The notes under the pieces were generated by a model. The model was not told where the DNA came from, did no database searches, and was given only the letters and a program-made list of their open reading frames with translations. From Octopus sinensis (Eukaryota), in the NCBI RefSeq assembly GCF_006345805.1, contig NC_043004.1:24862001-24926000 (forward strand): 64,000 bases of DNA, written 5' to 3'. Every line of letters begins with the position of its first letter. Positions within the stretch are counted from its first letter, which is position 1. The translations under genes were made by a program, and so were the position numbers. This document shows, piece by piece, positions 53,815-64,000 of the stretch.

Positions 53815-54042
53815 TTAACCCTTCAGCATTTAAACCGGCCATATCCAGCCCAAGCATTCTATCTGTTTATTGTTCAAACATGCTAGATCTGACCTCTCAC
53901 ACCTATGCTGCAATGTCATTCTAAAAATAAGCAATTACATCATCAAAATCTCAATGCTATGAGATAATGCATGATTAGTTCAATACAGTGGGAATAAATA
54001 AGTATTACATTTGATAGAGTAATCTGACGGCTAAAGGGTTAA
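53815..54042 (+). mobile_element. piggyBac-like MITE inserted in a SINE B
   Basis: TTAA-CCCTT...AAGGG-TTAA, with SINE B sequence continuing on both sides. Confidence 0.88.
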
Positions 54043-54110
54043 ATTCTGATTTCAAATTCTGCTGAGGATGACTTTACCTTTTATCTTTCAAGGACAATAA
54101 AATAAATACT

Positions 54111-54279
54111 CAGGGATGTCTTAGTAGTGTTATAGGCCCCTGGGTAAATAACTGCATTGGGTCCTATAGTGTTTATTCACTGATCACAAACCACAATATA
54201 CATAGATTAGATTTGGGTCCCTAAATCTGTGAGGTCCCTGGGCAACTGCCCAGTGTGTCCATGCTTTAAGATGTCACTG
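54111..54279. mobile_element. hAT-like MITE inserted in the same SINE B
   Basis: Imperfect TIRs CAGGGATGTCTTA / TTAAGATGTCACTG, with an 8-bp degenerate TSD TAAATACT / TAAGTATC (SINE consensus TAAGTACC). Confidence 0.75.
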
Positions 54280-54677
54280 TAAGTATCAGTTGAATGTTGG
54301 GGTCAATGTAATTGGCCATCTCTGTTGCTCAAAATTTCAGGCCTTGTACCCCTAGTAGAGAATATGAAAAGATTATTATTATTAAGACATTGCACAAAAT
54401 CCAATATTGTGATGTTGTTGATTGAAGATAGTATGTGTACTGGGGGTTTGTACCGTCTGTCTATTATTATTTTTATGTTGTTGAGCTAGCAGAATTGTTA
54501 GCACACTGGGTGAAATGCTTAGTGGTATTTCATTCTGAGTTCATATTCTGCTGAGGTTGAGATTGTCTTTCATCCTTTCGGGGTTGATAAATTAAGTACC
54601 AGTCAAGTACTGAGGTTGTTGTAATTGACTTACCCACTTCCCTCAAAATATCAGCCCTTGTGACTATTGTAGAAAGG

Positions 54678-54712
<35 letters not shown>

Positions 54713-55189
54713 AATGATGATAACAATGATAATAATATTAGGCTGTGGGCTGGAGATCATTAGCATGCTGGACGAAATGCTTAGTGGCATTTCATCTGTT
54801 GCTACATTCTGATTTCAAATTCTATTGAGGTTGTCTTTGCTTTTTTTCCTTTCAGGGTCAATAAAATAAGTACCAGTTGAGTACTGGGGTTGATGTAATC
54901 AACTTAATCCTGCTCCCAAAATTTCAGGTCTTGTACCTATAATAGAAAGGATTATTATTATTATTATTATTATTATTAAGGCAGTGAGCTGGCAGAATTG
55001 TTACCATGCTGGGCAAAATGTTTAGCAGCATTCCGTTTATTTTTATGTTCTGTGTTCAAATTCCACCAAGGTAGATTTTACCTTTCATCCTTTCAGGGTC
55101 GATAAAATAAGTACCAGTTGAGCACTGGGGTCAATGTAATTGACTTGCCCCTGCCCCAGTAATTGCTGTCCTTGTGCCAAAATTTGAAA

Positions 55190-55585
55190 TCATTTATATA
55201 CTACTATCACTAATTATACTGTGGGCAGGTAACATTTCACATTCTTACCTATATAGTAATTGTTATGGACAGGTATATTTTCACATAGTTAATTACAGCA
55301 CTGTTGCTAATGACTGTATGCAGCCATACTTTCACATTGTTAATTGTACAGTACTGTCTCTAATTACTGTGGGTTGCCTCTAATTACAGTGCATAGCTAT
55401 ATTCTCACTTTGTTAGTGATAGTCAGTTGCTGCTGTTGGCAGGAGATATCTCTATTTTCACATCCTTGATTAACACAGTATTACCACTAATTACTGTGGG
55501 CAAGTATAATTTCACATTAATTATAATGGCAGCCATACTTTCACATTGCTAATTGCTTACAGTGGGATAGCTATACTTTCATCCC
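55190..55585. repeat. Degenerate minisatellite
   Basis: Recurrent CAGC(C/T)ATACTTTCACATTG(T/C)TAATT..ACAG and TAATTACTGTGGG motifs. Confidence 0.6.
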
Positions 55586-56208
55586 ACAACAAAATTCATT
55601 GTGTAAATGTTAGATTTCTGTTCTTTTGCACAGCAAAACAATTTATGCCACTTTTGAGCTGTATTCACTATTTGATGGCTGATGCAGGCCAACTCTAGTT
55701 ATTTCAAATCCTTGTACCCATCTTTCTTTTTATTTTATATCTGTCAATATAGTTAAGTCTGCACAATCAGACTTTATCCACAGTTGTGTGACATCTTCTC
55801 CACAGTATGCTAGAGAAGTCTTGGTCAGGAAATACAGTGTAATGTCAGCAAGGAGATGTGACTTAGTATAACTTTGCTTTGAGATATAACACATATCAAC
55901 TCTACCTGATGTGTCTCTATTATCTTTAGATAGATCAAGTTAACTAGTTTCAGTTTAGTGATCAGTGATCTCATTCAGTGAGCGATTAATCATGTCTATT
56001 CTGAGATCATTACTAATGCAGGTGGAATGAATTAGCAACAATAGGAATACAATCTGGATTGATTGCTTGAGTCACTAGATATCTTCTTCCTATTCTCTGA
56101 GATACTATTCTATAAGATATAAACTGAGATATTTTATTTATGTGTTAAAAATATGACATAACAAAACCATAATAAATTGGGTTAGTAAACAACAATTGTG
56201 TGTGTGTA

Positions 56209-57167
56209 TATTGGGTCATTTTAACAGTTATTTTTACAAAACTATAATGAAAGTGACAGAGGAGCATATTCAGCATATTTTGCTTTATGGGTTCAACAGA
56301 AAGTGTGAGGAATATTAATGCAGTATAAGGGGATTGGACAATTAGTGTAAGCGAATGTCAACTGGTTCTAGAAATTCTGAGCCAGAAACTACAGCCTAGA
56401 AGACGAGTCTTGTCTTGGAAGATCTATAGAGCTCGATGAGGACATCCTGCAAACCTTGTGGGAACAAAATCCCATCATAACTATTGAAGAACTAGCAGAG
56501 AAGCTTGGATTTGGTCATTCAACCATTCATCAACACCTGAGTGCTATCGGAAAAGTCAGCAAATTGGGTCAATGGGTTCCTCACAAACTTCCCAAGTCTA
56601 ATCATGCACGGAGAGTAAATGTGTGCTCTTCTTTGCTGTCACGTCTCATGAATGAGCCTTTTTGGTCCGAATTGTGATTGGTGACAAGAAATGGGTTCTC
56701 TATAGAAATGTCAAGCACTGAAGATATTGGGTAGGGAAAGGAGAAACACTGGTGCCCCAGACTAATGAAGGTCTTCACCCATGTAAGGTGTGGTTATCTG
56801 TTTAGTGGGATATAAAAGGTTTATTCCACTTTGAACTTTTAAACCCAAACCAAACGATAACAAAGGAGATCTACTGCAAGCAGTTTGAGTGCCTTGAGTC
56901 AGAGATAGAAGAAAAACATCCATCTTTGATTTCAAGACGAAAGGTGTTCTCCCATCAGGATAATGCTTGGCTACATACAGTGAGGATGACATTGCAAAGG
57001 CTGGAACAGTTTGAATGGGAAATGATGCCCCACCCACCATATTCGCCGGATTGCCCCATCTGATTATCATTTATTCTGCAGTCTTTAAAATCATTTGGTC
57101 AGAACTGTACTGGAGGAGTATTTTTTGTCACAGACAAGTGCAGTTTGGAAGAGGGGCCTTGCTAATC
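56209..57167 (+). mobile_element. Mariner (DD34D) transposase pseudogene, 3'-truncated
   Basis: Frameshifted EEHIQHILLY...LGQWVPH...GDKKWVLY...LHPCKV..WD..G..HFELL...HQDNA..H...PHPPYSPD.APSDYHLF, with 34 residues between the second and third Asp after one frameshift correction. Confidence 0.92.
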
Positions 57168-57414
57168 TCTCTTCTTCTTCTTCTTCTTCTTCTTCTTCTT
57201 CTTCTTCTTCTTCTTCTTCTTCTTCTTCTTCTTCTTCTTCTTCTTCTTCTTCTTCTTCTTCTTCTTCTTCTTCTTCTTCTTCTTCTTCTTCTTCTTCTTC
57301 TTCTTCTTTCTTCTTCTTCTTCTTCTCTTCTTCTTCTTCTTCTTCTTCTTCTTCTTCTTCTTCTTCTTCTTCTTCTTCTTCTTCTTCTTCTTCTTCTTCT
57401 TCTTCTTCTTCTTC

Positions 57415-57453
<39 letters not shown>
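57168..57453. repeat. (TTC)n array (about 80 units) followed by (AAT)n
   Basis: Directly visible; source of the poly-L/S/E/R ORFs in the track. Confidence 0.97.
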
Positions 57454-57455
<2 letters not shown>

Positions 57456-58402
57456 TCTGTTCTCCATGCTGACATGGGTTGGACAGTTTGACAGGAACTG
57501 GCCAGCTAGGGAGTTGCCCAGGCTCCATTTGTATTTTGGCATGGTTTCTATGGCTGGCTGCCCTTCCTAATGCCAATCACTTTACAGCGTAGACTGAATG
57601 TTTATTATGTGGTACCAACACAGGTGCTTTTATGTGGTACAGGTACTTTTATATGGCACCAGCATAGGTACTTTTACATGCACCAGCACCTACGAGCACA
57701 CAAGACTAGGATCTCTTGGCTGAGGGAGAAATGTAGAGACATGTCTGCATGCCGGATTGGTCTCGATTTTATTTGGTGTGTCTCAGTAATACAGAAGGGA
57801 GTTGTGGACATCAGTGAAGCAGATTTTTCAACATCCTTTCAGTGATTCTTTAACCATTCTTTGGAAAGAATGGGGAATGCTTTACTGATAAGTTTAAGAT
57901 AAAACTAAAACATATCTGGAGTTGGTTTCCCTACTTTAAAAAAAACAAAACAGTAATATTTGTCATTAGCTAATATTGTTTTCATTTATTTAGTGTTGTG
58001 TATTTTATCTTTCATGTTCATATTAATTATTAACTAATACTATTTTACCTCATCAAATAATTATTTCCAGTTAGCTTTTTAATATTCTATGCATTAAATA
58101 TGTTAATGCTAATTTAGGTATCTGTCTCACCACATAATTCATTCTAGTTATTTCTTTAAGGTTTGAGCATTAATTGTGTTAACATTAACCTAAGTTTTTC
58201 ACAATCAAATGCAGTTTTATTCAGTTAATCTATATCTGACATCGAAAGTGTATCTTTCTCTCTGGCAGCTTTTAAATATAACAAGAATGTAAACAGATTA
58301 AGAAGCTAATCACTAATCATTGTTTCTAAATTTTATGAATGTGACTCATCTAATTAATGGTGATCTTTTTCTTTTTGATTAGACAGATGTCTGCTTTTAT
58401 AA

Positions 58403-58437
<35 letters not shown>

Positions 58438-59019
58438 TTGTTTCATGTCAACACTAGTGTATGTGTGTGTGTATGTGCCTGTGTGTATTGTTGACATCAT
58501 AAGAATTTATAAAGTTTCAAGAGAATGTGAGATAATTCGTTTTTGGAACAATGGATCTTGAAGCACACATAATGCTATAAATAATAGCATGTATAGACTG
58601 GGTTGAAAACCCTTTTGGGTAGAAAAAGTTGAAGGCTGTCCCAAATATGTGTATATATATATATACAATCATGGCCAAAAATTGGAACGTTTTTTAGAAA
58701 TTAAAATTGTTATGTCCAAGTATTGTTAGATTCAAATATACACAATATATATGTTTGGGCATTTAATATAAACATTCTAATTTTCAGACCTATGTTCCAA
58801 ACTTTTGGCCACAACTTTAATACACACACACATACACATATCCACTACACTCTCGGAGTGGTTGGTGTTAGGAAGGGCATCAAGCTGTAGAAACTCTGCC
58901 AGATCAAGATTGGAGCCTGGTGCAACCATCTGGTTCACCAGTCCTCAGTCAAATCGTCCAACCCATGCTAGCATGGAAAGCGGATGTTAAACGATGATGA
59001 TATATATATATAGGTGCAG

Positions 59020-59172
59020 GAGTGGCTGTATGGTAAGTAGCTTGCTCACCAACCACATGTTTCCGAGTTCAGTCCCACTGCATGGCACCTTGAGCAAGTG
59101 TCTTCTACTAAAGCCTCAGACTGACCAAAGCCTTGTGAGTGAATTTGGTAGATGGAAACTGAAAGAAGCCTG

Positions 59173-59246
<74 letters not shown>

Positions 59247-59430
59247 TTGTCCCCCAACCATCGCTTGACAATTGATGTTGGTGTGTTTATGTCCCTGTAA
59301 CTTAGTGGTTCGGCAAAAGAGACCGATAGAATAAGTACTGGGCTTACAAAGAATAAGTCCGGGGGTTGATTTGTTTGACTAAAGGCAGTGCTCCAGCATA
59401 GCCACAGTCGAATGACTGAAACAAATAAAT
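59020..59430 (+). mobile_element. SINE family A, full length
   Basis: Complete head and tail. Confidence 0.88.
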
Positions 59431-59441
59431 GGATATACAGT

Positions 59442-59668
59442 TTAACCCTTTAGTATTTAAACCGGCCATATCCGTCCAAAATAGTTAATCTGTTTTATGC
59501 TCAAACTGACCAGATCCAGGCTCTCACACCTACCCTACAATGTTATTCTACATTAAGTAATTACACCATCAAGATCTTGAAGATATGAGATAATGCATGA
59601 TTAATTCAAATCAATGGGAATCAATAGGCATTATGTTTGATAGAATAATCTGAACACTAAAGGGTTAA
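59442..59668 (+). mobile_element. piggyBac-like MITE
   Basis: TTAA-CCCTTTAG...CTAAAGGG-TTAA. Confidence 0.9.
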
Positions 59669-59689
59669 GCACTTGCTAAAAAGAAAGAG

Positions 59690-59915
59690 ATAGAGACAAA
59701 TAGCATACAGGTCAACTGCAAGTTCCTAGAAACTCACCGAATGAAGGTTACAGACCAAATCTCTGGCCGGTTCAAAGTCCTGGCTACATCTATGCTGACA
59801 TGGTGATAGAACAGTGAGGTAGACAGAGCCATAAAAGTGAAGAAACAGGCTTGGAATGGCCGAAAGAACTGGGGCAGCAGAGAATTATATGAGGTAAGCT
59901 GGAAGAGAAGCTAGG
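59690..59915 (+). mobile_element. RTE-like ORF2 linker fragment
   Basis: W**NSEVDRAIKVKKQAWNGRKNWGSRELYEV resembles the RTE WWN.EV..AI..KK.AW..W segment. Confidence 0.55.
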
Positions 59916-61873
59916 TGATAAGAGGAGGGGAGGTGCAAATAAAATGAAAGGTTTGCTTCTCCATTTCTACAGCTTGAGGATCTGGGGTGTGAGTGTACCA
60001 GATTGCAAGGCAGTGCAGTGCATCAAAGATATTTGAGATATTGTAGGTGAGCAGTGTATATAGATGGTTATAATGGCACACTTGCACATAGAGATTCTGA
60101 AAAGAAAGAGGCATTTGAATTTTGGTGATAGAAATGTGCAATACAGAACTAGATATTGGTTTCAAATTTTGGCAACAGGCCAGCAGTTTTGAGGAAAGGG
60201 CTAAGTTGATTACATCAACCCTAGTACTGAACTGGTACTTATTTTATTGACCCTGAAAGGATGAAAGGTCAAGCTGACCTTGGTGGCATTTGACTCCAGA
60301 ATGTAATGATGGATGAAATGTCGCTAAACATTTTGCCTGGCATGCTAGCGATTCTGCCAGCTTGCTGCTTTAATACAGAACTAGATATTGAAAAAAGTAT
60401 AATTTTATCTGGTGCTTTATCGTCTTCACTTGTGGATTATACTGCATCGATTGCAGAATATGTCCTACTAAATCATCTAAAAACTGTGTCTGAAGTTTTC
60501 ACATTTGCAAGTTTTATCAAATAATTCTGTCAACACAGACTATGATAATTTTTTCCAGACTGATATTTATTTGAAAATTATCAGGACTTTGAATATTTTC
60601 TTCTGTATAATTTTTGGTTGCTGTTTCAGCTTGACTCTGCAATCAAGGAATGTATATGTATAAGCATATATTAGTATTTTGTTTCACTATGTGCCAAAAG
60701 CTGGTTTATTATGGGGTTTAGAACATGTTAAGCAATTTTGTGTCGTGATGGGTGGGGAAGGGAGAAATGTGAACCAGGGAATCAGATTTTTGTTATAAAA
60801 TCTTAGGGGATTTGTTTCTAATGATTTGACTGAAATAGGAACTAGTGATATTTTTACCTGTAATGAAATACTTCCATTTTAACTCCACCCTCACTCTCCT
60901 TCCCCAGAGAGAGAGAGAGATGATGATGATGATGATGTTACAAAATGACCTACTTCTGTCATAACTGTAATAATAGAATGATCCAGAATGTCAGTAAATA
61001 TGAGAAATAATGAATAGCATTCAAATTTTTTAAAAAGTAGATTTCTTTATGTTCATAAAGTTCCTTAACTGATTAAAAAGTCTTAGTTACTGTATTAATA
61101 CTCCCCCATAGAAGTAGAGATAAAGGAGAACTGTGCAGGAAAAGAAACAAGAAAGAGGGGAGAGAATGAGTCTGTGCTCATTATATACCTATGTAAAGTG
61201 TCACAATAGTCAGATGTAATAAGACAGCCACTTTATATTTTAGTGTAACATGAAACACTGGTTGGTCTCACATAATTGGACATTTGCTTCACTTATTAGA
61301 AGTGTTGTTTTTACAGCTGGGTATCATGCTGCTGTCATCAAAGCTTCTGGGAAATAAAAATGATGTCTGTTTGTTGAATCATTTGCATTGTTTAATGATA
61401 CAATACAAATAGAGGTTGGACCAAAAGACAGTAAATTGCAGTAATACAAAAATAGGTAGTGAGAGTCTGGTCAAATCCTTCCCATGTGAGTTAACTTAAC
61501 TAGCATTCTGTTGGCTACAACAACGAGGGTTCCTGTTGATTGGATTAATGGAACAGCCTGCTCATGAAATTACTGTGCAAGTGGCTGAGCACTCCACAGA
61601 CACATGTACCCATAACATAGTTCTCAGGGAGATTCAGCAAGACACAGAATGTGACAAGGCTGGCTGTTTGAAATACAGGTACTACTCATTTTTGCCAGTT
61701 GAGTGGAATGGAGCAATGTAAAATAAAGTGTCACGCTCAAGGACACAATGCGTTGCCGGGAATTGAACTCACAACCTTATGATTGTGAGCCAAATACCCT
61801 CCTAACCACTAAGCCAGATGCTTTCGCTTCCCAAGTGAATATCATCTATTAAATTATGTTGATGAAATCATAT

Positions 61874-62080
61874 TTAATGCTTTAGCATTTATACTGGTCA
61901 TATCAGGCCCAAATATTCCAGTTGTTTTATGTTCAGACTGGCCAGATCTGGCCTCTCACACCTATCCTGCAATGTCATTGTAAAAATAAACTCTCAAGCC
62001 ATTGAAATCTCAAAACTACAAAACAATGTGAATAAATAAGCATCACATTTGACAGAATAATTTGAATATTAAAAGGTTAA
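61874..62080 (+). mobile_element. piggyBac-like MITE, diverged
   Basis: TTAA at both ends; body matches 59442-59668. Confidence 0.8.
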
Positions 62081-62094
62081 TGGTCAGCACAAAA

Positions 62095-62390
62095 TCTCAA
62101 TTCTGGTCTTTTCTGTCACATTTGGAATTTATTCTCTAAATCTGCGAGAGATTCAGGTATGAGAACTAAGTCAATGGTGCAAGGGAGTTTGCCTGGACAG
62201 TTGGTCTTAAACTTCTCTGTTGGGCTTGAACTTCTCTGAACAATTATAAACAGGAGGGGTACTAAGAACTGTGTCTATATGGACACCTATTTTCATACTG
62301 AATATCTTTTTAAATTCATTGTCAACTCTCACCTGGTTGGTGGCATCTCTATGTGGCTTGTAAGGCTCTCACAAGTCAGTCTATAGAGAA
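62095..62390 (-). mobile_element. Decayed RTE RT fragment (same family as 25749-25903)
   Basis: ...IGVH...LLFIIVQ...EKFKTNCPGKLPCTIDLVLIPESLADLENKFQM. Confidence 0.7.
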
Positions 62391-62462
62391 ATTTGATATT
62401 TTAGAGCATATGATTTTCTCAGTAATGAATTTTCAAAACAATTATAAATAAAATTTAACAAT

Positions 62463-62598
62463 AGGTGCAGGAGTGGCTGTGTGGTAAGAAGCTTGCTAAT
62501 CAACCACATGGTTCCGGGCAAGTGTCTTCTGCTATAGCCCCGGGCCGACCAATGCCTTGTGAGTGAATTTGGTAGACGGAAACTGAAAGAAGCCTGTC

Positions 62599-62644
<46 letters not shown>

Positions 62645-62835
62645 ATGTGTTTGTGTGTCTGTGTTTGTCCCCCTAGCATTTCTTGACAACCGATGCTGGT
62701 GTGTTTACGTCCCCGTCACTTAGCGGTTCGGCAAAAGAAACCGATAGAATAAGTACTGGGCTTACAAAGAATAAATCTCGGGGTTGAGTTGCTCGACTAA
62801 AGGCGGTGCTCCAGCATGGCCGCAGTCAAATGACT
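62463..62835 (+). mobile_element. SINE family A (small deletion in head), followed by further partial copies to about 63465
   Basis: Head GGTGCAGGAGTGGCTGTGTGG and complete tail. Confidence 0.85.
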
Positions 62836-62989
62836 GAAACAAGTAAAAGAGTAATGGATAGTGGATTCATTCTCACTGCGTGGCACCTTGGGCAAGTGTC
62901 TTCTACTATAGTCTTGGGCCAACCAAAGCCTTGTGAGTGGATTTGGTAGACAGAAACTGAAAGAAGCCTGTCGTATATATGTATATATA

Positions 62990-63130
62990 TGTGTATATTG
63001 ACAGGGCAAGACTGCTAGGTAGTCGGCCGCATGCTAGAAATAGATCATCAATGATCAAACTACAAAGAATGTTCTCTAGAGGAAAATTTAGTGAACTCCC
63101 CTAGAGAACATTGCCCTGTCAATATACACA
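62990..63130. mobile_element. Short hairpin element with 20-bp perfect TIRs
   Basis: TGTGTATATTGACAGGGCAA / TTGCCCTGTCAATATACACA. Confidence 0.75.
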
Positions 63131-63699
63131 TGTATTAGAATTTTTCTCTGATTTTTCAGATTTTTGTATGCTAGACTACTGGTTTTAAATTGAAATAATA
63201 AAATTAATATTAATTTATCTCCTCATTATTTAAATATTGTATATATATATGTGTGTGTTTATGTGTTCGTGTTTGTCCCCCTAACATCGCTTGACAACCG
63301 ATGGTGGTGTGTTTACGTCCCTGTAATTTAGCTGTTTGGCAAAAGAGACCAATAGAATAAGTACTAGGCTTACAAAGAATAAGTCCTGGGGGCGATTGCT
63401 CAACTAAAGGCAGTGCTCCAGCAGGGCCACAGTCAAATGACTGAAACAAGTAAAAGAGTAATGCTATAAAACTAATATTAAGCATGCTGGACAAAATGCT
63501 TAGCAGCATTTCGTCCATCTTTATGTCCTGAGTTCAAATTTCACCGAGGTCATCTTTGCCGTTTATCCTTTTGGGGTCAATAAAATAAGTACCAGTTGTA
63601 CATTGAGGTCAATATAATTAACTTACCCCCCTCCCTCCCTCCCTCGAACTTGCTGGCCTCATGCCAAAATTTGAAGCCAAAATTGATATTTGAAGACAA

Positions 63700-63786
63700 G
63701 GTAAAATTACTAGCTGCTTTTATAGCAAGTTCGACTTTTAGTTCATGCAACTGAAAAAACCCCACATTATTTATGGGATGACCCAA
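63700..63786. mobile_element. Mariner-type terminal fragment
   Basis: Reverse strand TA-TTGGGTCATCCCATAAATAATGTGGGG resembles the TATTGGGTCAT start of the 56209 element and the TTGGGTTGTC TIR at 1988. Confidence 0.55.
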
Positions 63787-64000
63787 TATATATATATACA
63801 CACACACATGCACTGTAAATAGTTGATGTTAGGAAGGGTATCAAGCCATATAAACCATACTGAAGTGTTGACAATGGAACTCGATGCAACACTGAAGTTT
63901 GCTGGATCCTGTAGAACCATTCAACCCATGCCAGCATAGAAAAAAAGACGTTAAATGATTATTATTATTATTATGATATATATATATATATATATATATA

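Noticed and set aside
57015-57576. Poly-Leu/Ser/Glu/Arg ORFs on both strands
   Set aside because: Frames of the (TTC)n microsatellite.
62330-62382. Apparent 48-nt minus-strand exon (TAG|ACT...CAG|GTGAGA)
   Set aside because: It lies within a decayed RTE reverse-transcriptase fragment.

Overview
AT-rich, microsatellite-dense animal genomic DNA. The SINE, LINE and MITE repertoire looks like that of Octopus (coleoid cephalopod); this assignment is from recognition, not a search. I see no complete protein-coding gene, RNA gene, CRISPR array or prokaryotic feature, so the window reads as intergenic DNA or a very long intron. The only host-gene sequence I recognise is one isolated minus-strand exon of WDR36/UTP21 (38260-38425). 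It keeps its splice donor but has no acceptor at the expected position, so it is probably a stranded pseudo-exon. The rest is layered mobile DNA: three tRNA-headed SINE families and two other short interspersed families; RTE-clade LINE fragments (one with a still-open 283-codon RT ORF); L1/Tx1-like and RLE-type LINE ends; a Penelope-like RT fragment plus two pseudo-LTR-like repeats carrying a minimal hammerhead-like motif with a non-canonical core; Tc1/mariner transposons of DD34D, DD37D and DD34E types; piggyBac-like and hAT-like MITEs; a Helitron-like 5' end; a short LTR with its polypurine tract; fold-back elements; and mini- and microsatellites. Most ORFs in the supplied track are artefacts of repeats. 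Repeat boundaries and identities are by-eye estimates unless a TSD or TIR is quoted.
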